Below are positions 35,253 through 48,123 of a stretch of 64,000 nucleotides of DNA, piece by piece (positions within the stretch are counted from its first letter, which is position 1; every line of letters begins with the position of its first letter). Source of the stretch: Sphyrna mokarran (taxonomy: Eukaryota). The DNA is taken from contig JAGIQG010000011.1 of assembly GCA_024679065.1 (NCBI GenBank), forward strand, positions 74,710,001 to 74,774,000. Reading direction: 5' to 3'. A model generated the notes under the pieces. The model made no database searches, had not been told where the DNA came from, and saw only the letters and a list, made by a program, of their open reading frames with translations. The position numbers were made by a program, and so were the translations under genes.

Positions 35253-36897
35253 TTGTACCATGGATTTTGAATCTATTCTGTTCTGTGTTGAAACAGTTTC
35301 CAATATGTTGTACTTTATTTTATGCTTATTTATCAACTTTCACTATCAATATCTCACTAATATGTACACTGAACTTATTTGTTTAATTCCAATGTACAAA
35401 TGCGATACTTAACACATTTCTGTACACGTTTTCATGAATCACCACCTCAGAAAACAATTAAAAGATTTACTCTATTTACCATTTCTTGCAATTCCACATC
35501 CTTTATTACAAACAGCTCAGCATAGTCACACAACATCAGCTCTATACAGTAAAATTTGACACCTCATTAATAAGCAAATCCAGCAGACATCTTAAACATG
35601 TTGAATGGCAAAATGCTGTGAATTCTGGAAACCTGAAATTAGAAACTGAAAATTTTGGTGACAGTGAATCAGGAAATATTTTATGAAGAAACAGCGTTAC
35701 TGGGCTGAAATGTCCCTTAGAGAGCAGCAGGATTGGGCACGAGTTGTAAGTTGTGTCAATCTCTTCATTGTGGGCAAGGCTGGTGACATGGCTGCCTCAT
35801 TTTTAGTCCATGGCATTCATGTGAGCAGCATGTGATGGCCTTATAACCATATGTATTTGAAGTAAGAGAAGCCAATATTTATGATGGAGCAACCACTTGA
35901 ATATGATCGAGTCCATCCTGGACATGCACGTTGAAGAGAACCATAGGGCTCAGTGCTAGCTCCAAACTTGTACAAGTAAATATAGCCAACAATCATCCTA
36001 CAACTTCATTTGTGCTCCACCCATCTACACTCTAGACCAAATCCTTAATTAAAACATTACAAACTTGCTGGACTATTGGAACACATGGTGTCTCATGTTG
36101 AATCCCTCTGAAACCATATCCAGTATATTCCACCTCCACAGAGTCAGTGCCAAAAGAGAATTGCACTTTTACATGGATGGACAGAGACTAATATATAATC
36201 TAACCTAACATAATTGGGAATCAGATTAAATAAGACACTGTTGTTCCAAAAATGTGAAGAATAAAGAAACAAAGGTCAAAAGCAGAAACAATCTACTAAC
36301 CAAGTTATGTTATCGACATGGGGCACTGCTGCCACCACTGTCTGGGTCTCAGCACTTGTCCTATCATATGCTGCAGCAAAATATGGTGCACCCACAAGCT
36401 GGTTGAACCATCCAAGCTGCATCTCACTTACCGTTCAATGATGACTTGTTGAAACCTCCTATTGCCCACCTCTGTCTCAGCACCCAATAGAACATAGGGC
36501 ATTCAGCACTCTTCCTCAGCAAGATCATCCGCTAATATCTTTGGGTTAAGGAAGAGGAATACGGGAAGTCACTAACAATTTTATTAGTTGTTTTATCAAT
36601 AGTTTTGGAGCACAGATCTTCAGTACCATTGCTGGAATTTTGCAAGGGCCCAAAATCTTTGCAGTATCCAGTGACTTCTGCTATTTCTTGATAATGGGGA
36701 GTGAATCAAGTTGTCTGAAGATTGGTGACTCTGGGGACCTCAAGAAGAGGTCACGTGGATCATTCACCCAACATTTCTGGCTAAGGACCTTCCCATCCAT
36801 AAAGACCTTCAAGAACTTCCAGTTCGCCAGTGATTGTACAAAAAAAACCCCCTTTGGACACAAGTCAAACATCTTCAACTCCATAACTCTGAAAGGA

Positions 36898-37352
36898 GGA
36901 AACCTGGTACACAGAGCTTTGCGTTTTCGGTTAGTTTGCTGTTGGGCCATACTCGACTTGGGCTTGCGGTCATGGCAATCCTGATGTTTCCTGCGTCAAA
37001 GGACACGATGTTGGCAATTGTTGATCCAATGTATGTGAAGCCATCAATGGCTTATAGAATCAAATTGATAAAGGGTTAAGACTGTATGCCATGGCCCACA
37101 ACTTTGGTTTCCCTTATGCTAATTGTCAGTCCAAATCCCTCACAGGAGAACTGGCCCACATGCTGTTGCAAGTGGATTTCAGTCTCAGCAGCAATTCACG
37201 AACTAGGACATTACGCACTTTGGTCTTGGCATGTAGTCTTGCCAAGCTGAACAGCTTGCTGTCAGCTCTGGCTTACAGGTGGGACCTTTATTAGAGTTAC
37301 CAAAAGTGTACAATAGCAGCAGGGAAAAAAAAACATGCCAGAGAGCTGGCTT
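36898..37352 (-). repeat. Inverted duplicate of 39633-40073 (decayed RTE RT segment)
   Basis: Reverse complement aligns over ~450 bp, e.g. CTCTAATAAAGGTCCCACCTGTAAGCCAGAGCTGACAGCAAGCTGTTCAGCTTGGCAAGACTAC is identical in both. Confidence 0.92.
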
Positions 37353-37379
37353 GGGCAGAAACCATTGTCCCAAAAACAT

Positions 37380-40300
37380 GTTGCCTCCAACCCAATTTCT
37401 CAACAACCAGGTTTCAAGCTCCCCTGAAACATGTGGACAGCTCTCAATCCAATATAGACTGAACATGGCTGGAATGTGACAAACTGGCCTTATGATCTTC
37501 CTCAGGTTAATGATGCAGATAAGGAGCTTTGGTCAACAAAAACTTAGAAGATTCAGTGTGGACTTTGCTGCACTACGGGAAACTAGGCTTGCTCAAAGTA
37601 GAAACATTGCATGTTCTTCTACCTTGAGAGGCAACATGTCAACGTGGAGTGGGTTTACAGGAAAAAAATTATACTTGCAATGATTGAACACTCTTGGCAC
37701 CACCACCCTCCCTGCCATGACAGAAAGCTCAGATAGGACATTTTGCACTTATTCTGTCAACAAATATTGTCTCAGTTAACTTCATGTGCATCTATGCTAA
37801 TACTTGCTTCCATCTCAGATGTCAAGGGTCAATTCTAAGAGACACAATGCTGCCGTCAGCAGAATTCTCGGAACAAAGAGCCTTATCAGGCACATCCACA
37901 CTGAGGTGGGGTATTTAACACACAGCTTGGCCAATGCGTGTACAGCAACAAGGATCCAAGAAGATAAAAGAAAATGGACAATTTCCCGGAGATATGCCAT
38001 AATCGGGAACCCTAGTGACATGAACAGCTCCTTCCAAACTAAGCCATTCCACATGGTTATTTGGAAATGTCTGTGGTCGTGCCACTGGCACCAATTAAAT
38101 CTCATCAATACCAAACGTACCAGCCTCAACTGCATCCTTATCACTAGTAACTCTGTATTACCTAGTATACAGCAAAGCAGGCTTTTAGCTAAGGAAAATA
38201 TACCACTCCAAAAGTAAGATCATCCTTGGTGCATCACTGACCCAGGAAGGACCCAAATGTTCCTGAACCACCTCAATCAGGCTTTTACAGACAACCCAAG
38301 ACCAGAATGTGGTGTCAGAGTGGGATTATCTGCTCAATACCATCCAGAAATCTGCACCCACTACCTGAGGGAGAAGAGATTAGAGGAATATTAACTGGTT
38401 TGAGGCTTATTAGACTGAAATAGAACCTAGCTCCTGCAACCAAGTGCCCCTACGCAAGCAAGAACCAGCAAATAGAATCTAGATCCCCTCAGAGTTACCA
38501 GAATTGAAACCTAGAAAACTGCTTGGCAATGTGATAATCAATACCAGTTATAAATCTGCAACAACGTAATCAGGGTATGCTAGAGTGATGTGTGAGAGAA
38601 TCATAAGTCAGAGATGAGGAGAAATTTCTTCAGCCAGAGTGGTAGATCTGTGGAATTCTTTGCCACAGAAGGCTGTGGAGGACTGGTTATTGAGTGCCTT
38701 TAAGACAGAGATAGATAGGTTCTTGATTGATAAGGGGATCAGAGGTTTTGGAGAAAAGGCAGGAGAATGGCGATGAAAAAAATACCAGCCATGATTGAAT
38801 GGCAGAGCAGACTTGATGGGCCGAGTGGCCTAATTCTACTCCTATGCCTTATGGTCTCTAAGAAAGCAACAGGCCTAACAGTAACAAAATCAGTCCCCTT
38901 GAAGACAACAGTGAGGCTATTCGCTGAACATTGTAAACAGATGAAAAGGTGGCTGCAGCACTATCTTGCACTCTATCCAACGGAGAATGTTATTGTAGAA
39001 GCTCTCAGTGACATCCTAGTCTTTTCTGGACAGTGAGTCCAGCACAGTAGATCTCAACAAGTTCAATGGCCAGTGTGGCAAATGGTAAAACCCAGGAAAT
39101 GATGACATTCTACCTGAAATCATTAGAAGTGGAAAACCGGCATAGGTGCAGTATCTCTGTGAAAGTTTGTGTCTCTGCTGGTCGAGAAAGATCTGCGCTT
39201 CAAGACATGGGTGCAAGAAATATAATCATTTTTGTACAAAATCTAAAAAAATCACAGTGACTGCAACAAATACCTTGTGAATTATTGTGGGCAAGGTCCT
39301 CTTCCTCTGACCAGATTGCAAGCCCTGGCATCAAGCTTCTACCCTGCGTTTCTTTGCAGATTTAAAAGCTGGCGGATTGACAGCTGACGTGATTTTTCTC
39401 ACCTTGGCAGTTACAACAGAAATTCTGTGAATGGCGCAGATCACTCCTCACCAAGGCCTTCAGCCTTGTCAGCAGAGACTTACTCTTTGAACTGCTGTGG
39501 AAAATATTTAGCTTGTTGGACTCCTGAGCAGCACTCGATCTTTCACTGAGAACATTCAAGTTTGTCAGTTACAGCTGATCATCAGTAGAGGCTTGAGATC
39601 AGCAGCAGGGTAAAAGAGAGGACAGCGTTCTGAAGTCAGCTCTCTGGCATGTTTTTCATCCCTGCTGCTATTGTACGCTTTTGGTGACTCTAATAAAGGT
39701 CCCACCTGTAAGCCAGAGCTGACAGCAAGCTGTTCAGCTTGGCAAGACTACGTGCCAAGACCAAAGTGCGTAATGTCCTAGCTCATGAATTGCTGTTGAG
39801 ACTGAAATCCACTTGCAACAGCATGTGGGCCTGTTCTCCTGGGCCTGCGATGGATTTGGACTGACAATCAGCATCAGGGTAACCAAAGTGGTGGGCCATG
39901 AATTACAGTCTCAACCCTTTATCAATCTGGCTCTATAAGCCATCGGTAGCTTCACGGACCTTGGATCAACCATTGCCAACGCGCCCTTTGACGCAGGAAA
40001 CACCGCGATCACCACAGCTGCAAGCCCAACAGCAAACTAACTGAAAATGCAAAGCTCAGTGTGTACCAGGTTTGTATTCTCAGTGGCGTTCTTCACAGTA
40101 GTGAGGCAAGGGCAACTTGCAGTAGCTTAGAAAAGCACCTGAACAGATCCCATCTCCACTGCGTCAGGTGAATATTGCAGAAGTTTTGACAGGACAAAAT
40201 ATGTTGAGTGTGCAGGGAAACCCAGCATAAATTTTCCTCGAGTCAGTTATTCCAACGTTTGGGTCACATGAACCAAATGGAAAGTGGCTGCTTTCTCAAT

Positions 40301-40690
40301 GACGTACTCTATGGCAGGATTGCTATCAGCTTCCCTTCCCCCCCCCAAATCTGTGTTGTCTGTAAGCAAAATTTCAAGGTACTAGGATCGGAGCCAATAT
40401 ATGGGAAATCTTCATTGCTGACTGGAGACAAACGGTCAGGAAGGTTCTGGAAAAAGTAGTGGACAAAAGGAAATGTCCAGATGACAGAAACAGAGAATGC
40501 TCTGGAAGAAATAAGCATCAGTTGCCCTCAGGCCAACGCTATTCATCTGTGCCAGCTGGAGAAGGGATGGTCACTCAAAGAATCGGTCTTTACAGTCACA
40601 ACAAACAATGTTCAATGCAGTGACATGCACACTGGATTTATCTTCTGTGGTGAATCAATAATTCTAGTTTCTCAACGTAGAAGCGCACCT
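37380..40690 (+). mobile_element. RTE-clade LINE, near full-length but heavily decayed
   Basis: EN remnants VDFAALRETRLAQ, FQTKPFHMVIWKCLWSCHWHQLNLI; RT remnants SMIFSPWQLQQKFCE, GLTISIRVTKVV; C-terminal LGHMNQME...DVLYG. Confidence 0.8.
38605..38860 (+). mobile_element. CR1 3' fragment inserted in the RTE
   Basis: GAGATGAGGAGAAATTTCTTCAGCCAGAG...GGGCCGAGTGGCCTAATTCTACTCCTATG; same subfamily as 19360-19605. Confidence 0.88.
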
Positions 40691-40809
40691 GTAATATGAT
40701 GCATTTCCAACAACCAAATATAACTAAAGAACAATCTATGCATAAATTATATCGCCCTTTATTTATAAATCCAGCTCCCAAACATTTAAAATGAGAAGCA
40801 GCCACTCAT

Positions 40810-43800
40810 CCAGGAAGCCTGGAAAATACGCAAGTGAGATTGAAACAATGTGGTCCCAAGGTCCTCCTCCCCAGCATTCTCCTGGCAGGCGTCCAATCTC
40901 TTGAAAACAAGCTGGATGAGCTTGAAGCCAAACTCACTTTTCAAAGGGAACTGAGAGACTGCTGTTTGCTCACTTTGCTTCACTGGATTGTGCCCTATGA
41001 TGAAAGAGTTTCTCAATTCACTGGAAGGATTGCAGGATGGCCTCAGGTAAAGTGGAGTCTGCCTTATAATCAACATCTCGAAGCTCAGGTGTGACAACAC
41101 TGGTGAGATTCGGCTCCCCAGATCTAGAGTACCTGATGCCCCCCCCTTACTACCTGCTGCAGGAGTTCACCTCTGTTATCCTGACAGCAATTTATATCCT
41201 ACCCCATGTAGATATGAAGACTGCACTTGACGAAATACATACCACCACAAGTAGCCTTGGGACAAAGTATCCCGAGGCCTTGTTCATCACGGCCAGTGAT
41301 ATCAACCAGGCCAATTGCAAGAGTGTCTCCCAAGAAAACACCAACATGTCTCCTGGCCCATCAGAAGCCCAAACATCCTTGACTGCTCCTCAAACATCAA
41401 ATATGCCTTCCACTCTATCACCCGCCCAAACATTGGCAAATCAGACCACAAAACTGTGATCCCGCTCCTGGCTTACAAGCAAAAACTGAAAGGAAAGAAT
41501 CTGATAATGAAAGTCATGCGTTGTCGGTCTGAGGCAACAAATGATCTCCTGCAGGATTGCTTCACGTCGGTGGACTGGCCAATAGTCAAAAACTCAAATG
41601 ATCATCTAAATGAGCATGCCACTAACAGACTTCATTATCAAGTGTATTTCAGATTGTGTGCCAGAGAAACTGATCCAAGCCTTTCCCAACTAAAGCCACG
41701 GATGAACAGGAACAACTATTGCCAACTGGATCCATGTCTGAGGGATTCAAATCAGGTGATCCTGAACTAAACAAGAAATCTAGATACAATCTACAGAGAA
41801 CCATTAGGAGATGCCAAGAGATGATACTGGACCAAGCTAGAGCCCCAACCAAGCCACAAAAACAGCCACCTATTATGACAACGTCTACAAGGCATAACAG
41901 GCTATAAGGAGAAGACAAGTAGAATTGCCAGCAACAGTGCATCCCTCCCTGGTGAGCTCAATGCATTCTATGTCCATTTTGAGCAAGAAAGCAGAGAGAG
42001 GTCACCTTCTGCCTGAATAGCCTCATTCACACTCAGGTATCTCAGGTTACCATCGCAAACATCAGATTAGCCTTCTTGAAAGTTACTCTCAGAAAATGAC
42101 TGGCCTGGAAGGTGTCCCCGGATGAACACTTAGATCCTGCTCAGACCAGCTTGTTGGGGATATTTGCAGAAATAAGAACATAAGAAATAGGAGCAGGAAT
42201 AGGCCATCCAGCCCCTCGAGCCTGCCCCGCCATTCAATTAGATCATCACTGATCTGTAGTGGTTCAGTACCACTTTCCCGCTTTTTCCCTGTAACCCTTA
42301 ATTTCCTTGTCAATTAAAAACCTATCCACTCTTGACTTGGACATATTCAGTGCGGAAGCCTCCACCACCTCATCAGGCAGAGAATTCCAAAGATTCACCA
42401 CCCTTTGCGTGAAGAAACCCCTCCGCAACTCCGATCTGAACCGCACCCCCCCCCCTCTAATCTTGAGGCTGTGCCCTCTAGTCCTGCTATCTTTGTTAAG
42501 CGAGAAGAGTCTCTCAACCTCTACCTTATCCATCCCCTTCAATATCTTACATGTCTCTAGAAGATCCCCTCTCAGCCTTCTAAACTCCAAAGAGTACAAA
42601 CCTAGCCTATTCAGTCTCTCCTCATAATCCAAAATCCTTAACCTTTCTTTACTCCAACTGGAGGTTCCTACCTGGTTCAAGAAGGTGACCATCATCCCTG
42701 CATCAAAGAACAGTCAGGCAGCATTCCTTAATGACTATTGTCTGGCAACTCAGACATCGATCATTATGAAATGCTTCGAAAAGTTAATCATGGCATACAT
42801 CAACTTCAGTCTTCCAGATTGCCTGGACCCATTACAGTTCATCTGTTGCTGCAACAGGTCCACAGCAAATACCATCTCCCTGGCTCTACACTCAAGCCTG
42901 GATAACAATGATATCTATGTCAGACTTCTGTTTATTCACTACAGCTTAGTTTTCAAAGCCATTATTCCTACAAAACTTAGCGACCTAAGGCTCTGTTCCT
43001 CTCTGTGGGGCTGGATCTGTGTGTTCTTAACCCATTAAGTGCAATCAGCAAGGAAAGGTAACAACACTCCGAAACGATCATCCTTAACACCGGTGCCCAA
43101 AAGACGGTGTCCTCAGCTTGTTACTCTACTCCTCATATACTCGGATCTCAAATGATGATGAAATGGTGGACATAGAGAATCTGGTAAAATTGTGTGATGA
43201 CAATCTCTCCCTCAATGTCAGTAAAACAAAAGAGCTTCAGGAAGTGTAGTGGAGGACATGCCCATCTACATCAACTGTGAAGAAGTGGAAACGGTCAAGC
43301 TCTTCAAGTTTCTAGGTATTCAGATCACCAATGATCTGCCCTGGACCTTCCACATTTCTGCTATAGTCATGGAAACTCACCAGCACCTCTACTTTCTCAA
43401 AAGGCTAAGGAAATTTGGCATGTCTACTACGAATCTTACCAATTTTTATAGATATACCATAGAAAGCATCCTTTTCTGATGTATCACAAATTGGTATGGT
43501 TCCTGCTCTGACTAAGATCACAAGAAACTATAAAGTGTTATTAACGTGGCCCAGCCCATCACACAAACCAGCTCCCAATACATTGACTCAGTCTATAATT
43601 CCCGCTGCCTCAGGAAAACAGCCAAAGATCCCAAAAGGTCCGGACATTCTCTCTTCTACCATCTTCCATTGGGAAAAAGATAGATGAATCTGAAAACACG
43701 AACAAACAGACTCAAGAACAGCTTCTCCCCTGCTGTCAGACTTTTTGAATGGTCTTATCATATATTAAGTTGATCTTTCTCTTCACCCTACCTGTATCTG

Positions 43801-43922
43801 AAATATTGTTCTGCACCCTATTCTTTCGTTCTCTCATGTACTTTCTAAATTTTGCCTTACAGCATGCAAGAAACAATATTTTTCACTGTATCTCAGCACG
43901 TGACAATAATAAATCAAATCAA
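40810..43922 (+). mobile_element. Rex1/Babar-clade LINE, decayed, most of ORF plus 3' end
   Basis: RLKQCG..LLPSILLAGVQSLENKLDEL, ILTAIYILPH, GKSDH, LNDY...IMKCFEKL, LDPLQF, FKFLGIQI, LYFLKRLRKFG; end GTGACAATAATAAATCAAATC. Confidence 0.88.
42172..42635 (-). mobile_element. Young CR1 3' fragment inserted in Rex1/Babar
   Basis: LDYEERLNRLGLYSLEFRRLRGDL...FFTQRVVNLWNSLPDEVVEAS; closely matches 8848-9285. Confidence 0.93.
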
Positions 43923-43924
43923 AA

Positions 43925-44855
43925 CAATGGTGGGGGGCTTGTATTATAGCGCCACCCCAAGGGAAGTGGCTTATATTACAGGAATTGCACAACACACGTC
44001 CAGGGCAAAGCAGGATGAAAGAGTTTGCCCAAAGTTATGTTTGGTGGCTGGGCATGATAAGAAAAAAAATCAAAAGAATGGTTAACCAGTGCCCAAGTTG
44101 TGAAACCTAATAGGCACTGCTGCTACTGGCAAATATGCATTCTTTACTGGCTGGGTAGGCCATGGTCAGATCGACATATATAGCCTTTGTACGGCCATTC
44201 ATGGGACATACGTTTCTCTTCTTAGTTGATGCACATTCTAAATAGTTGGATGTCCAGTTGAAGTCCACAATGGCCATAGCCATCACTGAATAAACTGAGG
44301 TGGATTTTTGCCATCCCTGGCATCCCAGAATTCTTAGTGTCAAGCACTGGTACATGATTTACAGCAAGGGAGTTTTGAATTGTGTCAGATTAAAATGGTA
44401 TTCGCCATGTTAGGTCAGCACCTTACCACGCAGCCTCTAATGGGTTAGCAGGCTGAGCTGTACAAATGTTCAAATCATTGACAAAAAAAAACAAGTTAAT
44501 AAGCCTTTACCTCTACATAAGGTCATTTTGAGATACAATACCATATGACCACAGGAGTCATGCCAGCCAAATTATGATGAATGGATGATGAATGAATAAT
44601 GAATGGGATGCTGCTTACAGACATAGTTGGATATCATATTCTGAGATTTGGCAGGCAGGGTGAAGGCTAGACAAGCCCACCAGAAAGAAAACCATGACTT
44701 GCAAATTAAAGACAGTGTTTTCCAAGTTGATGATTTAGTTCTGGCCAGAAATTTTGCAGCAGGACCAACATGGATGACTGGGAAAATTGTGGAAAGAACA
44801 GGGCTGGTCTCCAACAAGGTCATTGTGTCTAAAAACATGTCACCCATTTGAGGAA
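43925..44855 (+). mobile_element. Ty3/Gypsy LTR retrotransposon integrase relic
   Basis: ELHNTRPGQSRMKEFAQSYVWWLGM (zinc-binding region, 43982), NGIRHVRSAPYHAASNGLA (core, 44394), FQVDDLVLARNFAAGPTWMTGKIVERTG (C-terminal module). Confidence 0.85.
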
Positions 44856-44889
44856 GAGAGCAAGAGATCCCTGATACAAATGATCAACA

Positions 44890-45815
44890 GGCAACCCCTC
44901 TTTCCCAGCACTTGGTCCATAGCCTTGTATGTTTTGGCATTACAAGTGCACACCTAAATATATTTAAATGTTATGAGGATCTCTGCCTCCACCACCCTTT
45001 CAGGCAGTTAATTCAAGATTCCCTTCATTCTTTGGGTGAAATGGTTTTTCCTCATGTTCCCTCTAAACCTATGCCACCATTGATCATCATTGTTCCCTCT
45101 ACCAAGGGGAAAAGTTTCTTCCTGTCGAATCTATCAGTGCCCCTCATAATTTCATAACCTCAATCACATTCCTTCTCACTCTTCTCTGCTCCAGGGAAAA
45201 AAGTCCAGCCTATCCAATCTCTCTTCATAACTAAAACTTTTTTGCCCAAGCAACATCCTGATAATTGTCCTCTTCACTCTTTCCAGTGCTATCGCATTCC
45301 CCCTATAATGTGGATCCCAGAACTGCATACAATACTCTAACTGTGGCCTAACTGACAGTTTATACAATTCCAGCATAACGTCCCTCTACTTAAACTCTAT
45401 GCCTCAACTAATAAAGAAAGTATACCATAAGCCCTCTTAATCACTTTATCCACTTATCCTGCTACCTTAAGTGACTGGTGTACATACACACCAAGATGCT
45501 TCTAATCCTCTGCACTTCCCAGTGTAGTGCTGTTCATCATGCATTCTCTTGCCTTGCATGTTTTGCCCCAGTGTATCACTTTTACGTTTATCTGGATTGA
45601 ATTCCATTTGCCACTGATCAACCCATCCTATTAACCCATCTATTTTCTCATGTAATCTAAGGCTATCCTCCTCACTATTTACCACCCAGCTAATTTTTGT
45701 TTAATCTGTGAATTTACTGATCAACCTTCCAACATTCAAGTTTAAAGTAATTTTTTTATAAACCATGAACAGTGAGAGCCCCAACACTGATTCCTGACAG
45801 ATCCCACTAGACAGT
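44890..45815 (-). mobile_element. CR1 fragment, degenerate
   Basis: GICQESVLG, LISKFTD, WQMEFNPDK, LYKLSVRPQLEYCMQFW. Confidence 0.85.
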
Positions 45816-45834
45816 GTTCCACTCAGAAAAATAT

Positions 45835-46268
45835 CCTTTTTTGGAATGGGTGGATTGGTATGAGGAAAAGTTGTACAGGCTAGGTTTGTATCCACTGGAG
45901 TTTAGTCAAATAAGGTGATTTGATTGAAGCAAATAAGAGGTCTGACAGGGCGAACATGGACAGGATGTTTCTTCTTGTGGGAGAGTCTAGGAGTAGGGCT
46001 TGCTGTTTTTAAAATAAGGGGCTGTCCAATGACAATAGAGATGAAGATAATTTTTTTTCTGAGACAATGGAACTTCCTTCCTCAAAAGGTGGTGGAAAAG
46101 GAATCTTTGAACAATTTTAAAAAGGTACAGTTCAATAGATTCTTGATAAGCAAGGGGATGAAAAGTTATCAGGAGCAGATAGGAATGTGGAGTTGATATT
46201 GCAATCAGATCAGCCATCACCTTATTGAATGATGGAGTAGGCTAGCAGAGCTGAGTGGCCTACTCCGC
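45835..46268 (+). mobile_element. CR1 3' fragment
   Basis: WNFLPQKVVE, RFLISKGMKSY; tail GAGCTGAGTGGCCTACTCC. Confidence 0.8.
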
Positions 46269-47124
46269 CTAATGTATATATTTGTACCTATTAATCGTCC
46301 ATTGTCCTTGAAAAGGTGTGCTGCAATCTACAACTACTGCACTGTGTGTTTTTGGAGCAGCCACAATGCTGTTAGGAAGAGAGTTCCAAGATTTTGACCC
46401 AGCGACAATGAAAAAATGGCAATTATCATTCAGAGTCAGGATGGTGTGTGACTTTGAGAGGAACTTGCAGGTGGCAGTGTTCCCTCTATTTGCTGCCTTT
46501 ATCCTTCTTGACAATGAGATTGCTCATTTAGAAACTTGCTGTCACCTAACTCCTATCATTTTCAATTTAGCTCCCCATTAACTGATGGCTGAGCTACAAG
46601 TTTTGACTAAGCTTCTGTTATGTTTTTAATATACAACAAGATCCTAGATTAACACACATTGCTATAGGCAACTGAACAAAATGTCCTAAAGCTCTTATTG
46701 TTTTTGCTATTGTTGCTTTTGCAGCTATAACAACACATCTTTAAAGAGGCAGAGGAGGTTTTACCAACAAATGAGGCTTCCAAAATCATGCTGAATGCTG
46801 AGCGCTGAGCTCTGAAGCTGATTTGAACTCAGCAAGCACAAGCTATCACCTAAACATTATTTTTCAATGTTTCTCATTTCCTGCAATGTTCAAACAATTA
46901 AATTTATGATGAGAGACATTAAAACTTTCCAAGCTCTTGGTTGGTATTCCTAACTGGCTGAAAACTTATCTATTGAAAATGAAAAATTCCATTATTTTTG
47001 AGATAGAAAGAACATAAAAGTGTTTGCATAGAAGTAAACTATCCTGTTTCTTGAACTGGTTTCACAATTCAATTAGATCTTTACTATCTGTATTCTAACT
47101 ACATTTGTCTTTCAATAAGACTTT

Positions 47125-47840
47125 AAACTGACTTTAAAGGGATCCGGGTGTGCAAATCCACAAATTGTTAAAGGTGGCAGCATAGGTGGAAAAGGGTGGT
47201 GAACACAGCATATGACATGCTTGGCTTTATTGGATGGGGCAAACAGTATAGGAGTTGGCATGTGATGCTGCAGTTATATAGAATGTTGGTTAGGCCACAT
47301 TTGGAATACTGCATCTAGTTCTGGTTGCCACATTACCAGAAGGACGTGGAGGCTTTGGAGAGAGTGCAGAAAAGGTTTACCAGGATGTTGCCTGATATGG
47401 AGAGTATTAGCTATGAGATGAGGTTGAGTAAACTAGGATTGTTCTCCTTGGAAAGACAGAGGCTGAGCGGCAACCTAATAGAAGTTTATAAAATTATGAA
47501 GGGCATAAATAGGGTGAACAGTTGGAAGCATTTTCCTAGGTTAGAAATGACAAACACAAGGGGTCACAAGTTCAAGATGGGGGGGGGGGGCGCGCGGAGG
47601 TTCAGTACAGATATATGGGGACTTTTGTTTTTTTTAAACACAGAGGGTGATGGGGCCCAGAATATATTACCAAGCAAGGTGGTTGAGGCAGACATACTAG
47701 CTTATTTATCTAGACAGCCACATGAACAGACTGGGAATATAGAGAGATACAAATGGATGGTCTACTTAAGAACACATGATTGGTGCAGATCTGGAGGGCC
47801 AAAGGGCCTGTTTCTGTGCTCTATCGTTTTTTGTTCTTTG
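47125..47840 (+). mobile_element. CR1 3' fragment with short 3' UTR
   Basis: PHYQKDVEALERVQKRFTRMLP...LPSKVVEA; tail GGGCCAAAGGGCCTGTTTCTGTGCTCTATCGTTTTTTGTTCTTTG. Confidence 0.9.
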
Positions 47841-47842
47841 AT

Positions 47843-48095
47843 CCTGAGATGAATGTAAAAGATCCCATGGCACTGTTCAAAGAGGAGCCACAGGACTTCC
47901 TCCCAACGTCCTTTGCAATGTTCATCTTCCAAGCACCATGAACACATTGCTGTTTGTGGGATCTTGCTGAGCTGACAAATTGACTGCCACTTTTTCCAAA
48001 TTACAACAGTGACTATAATTTAAAGATGCTTCATTGCCTGTAAAGCATTTCGGGACATCTTGTGATCCTGAAAGCCATCGTACAAATGCTAACTC
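47843..48095 (+). mobile_element. DeuSINE-like SINE, 3' part
   Basis: GTAAAAGATCCCATGGCACTGTTCAAAGAG and CACATTGCTGTTTGTGGGATCTTGCTG...TGTAAAGCATTTCGGGACATC resemble the Deu domain and tail. Confidence 0.7.
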
Positions 48096-48123
48096 TCACT
48101 TACTTATCTTGGTTCCATACTCC

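Noticed and set aside
44890-46268. Opposite-strand CR1 pieces as a twin-priming 5' inversion
   Set aside because: Both pieces cover the 3' region of ORF2 and look like different subfamilies, so they are independent insertions.
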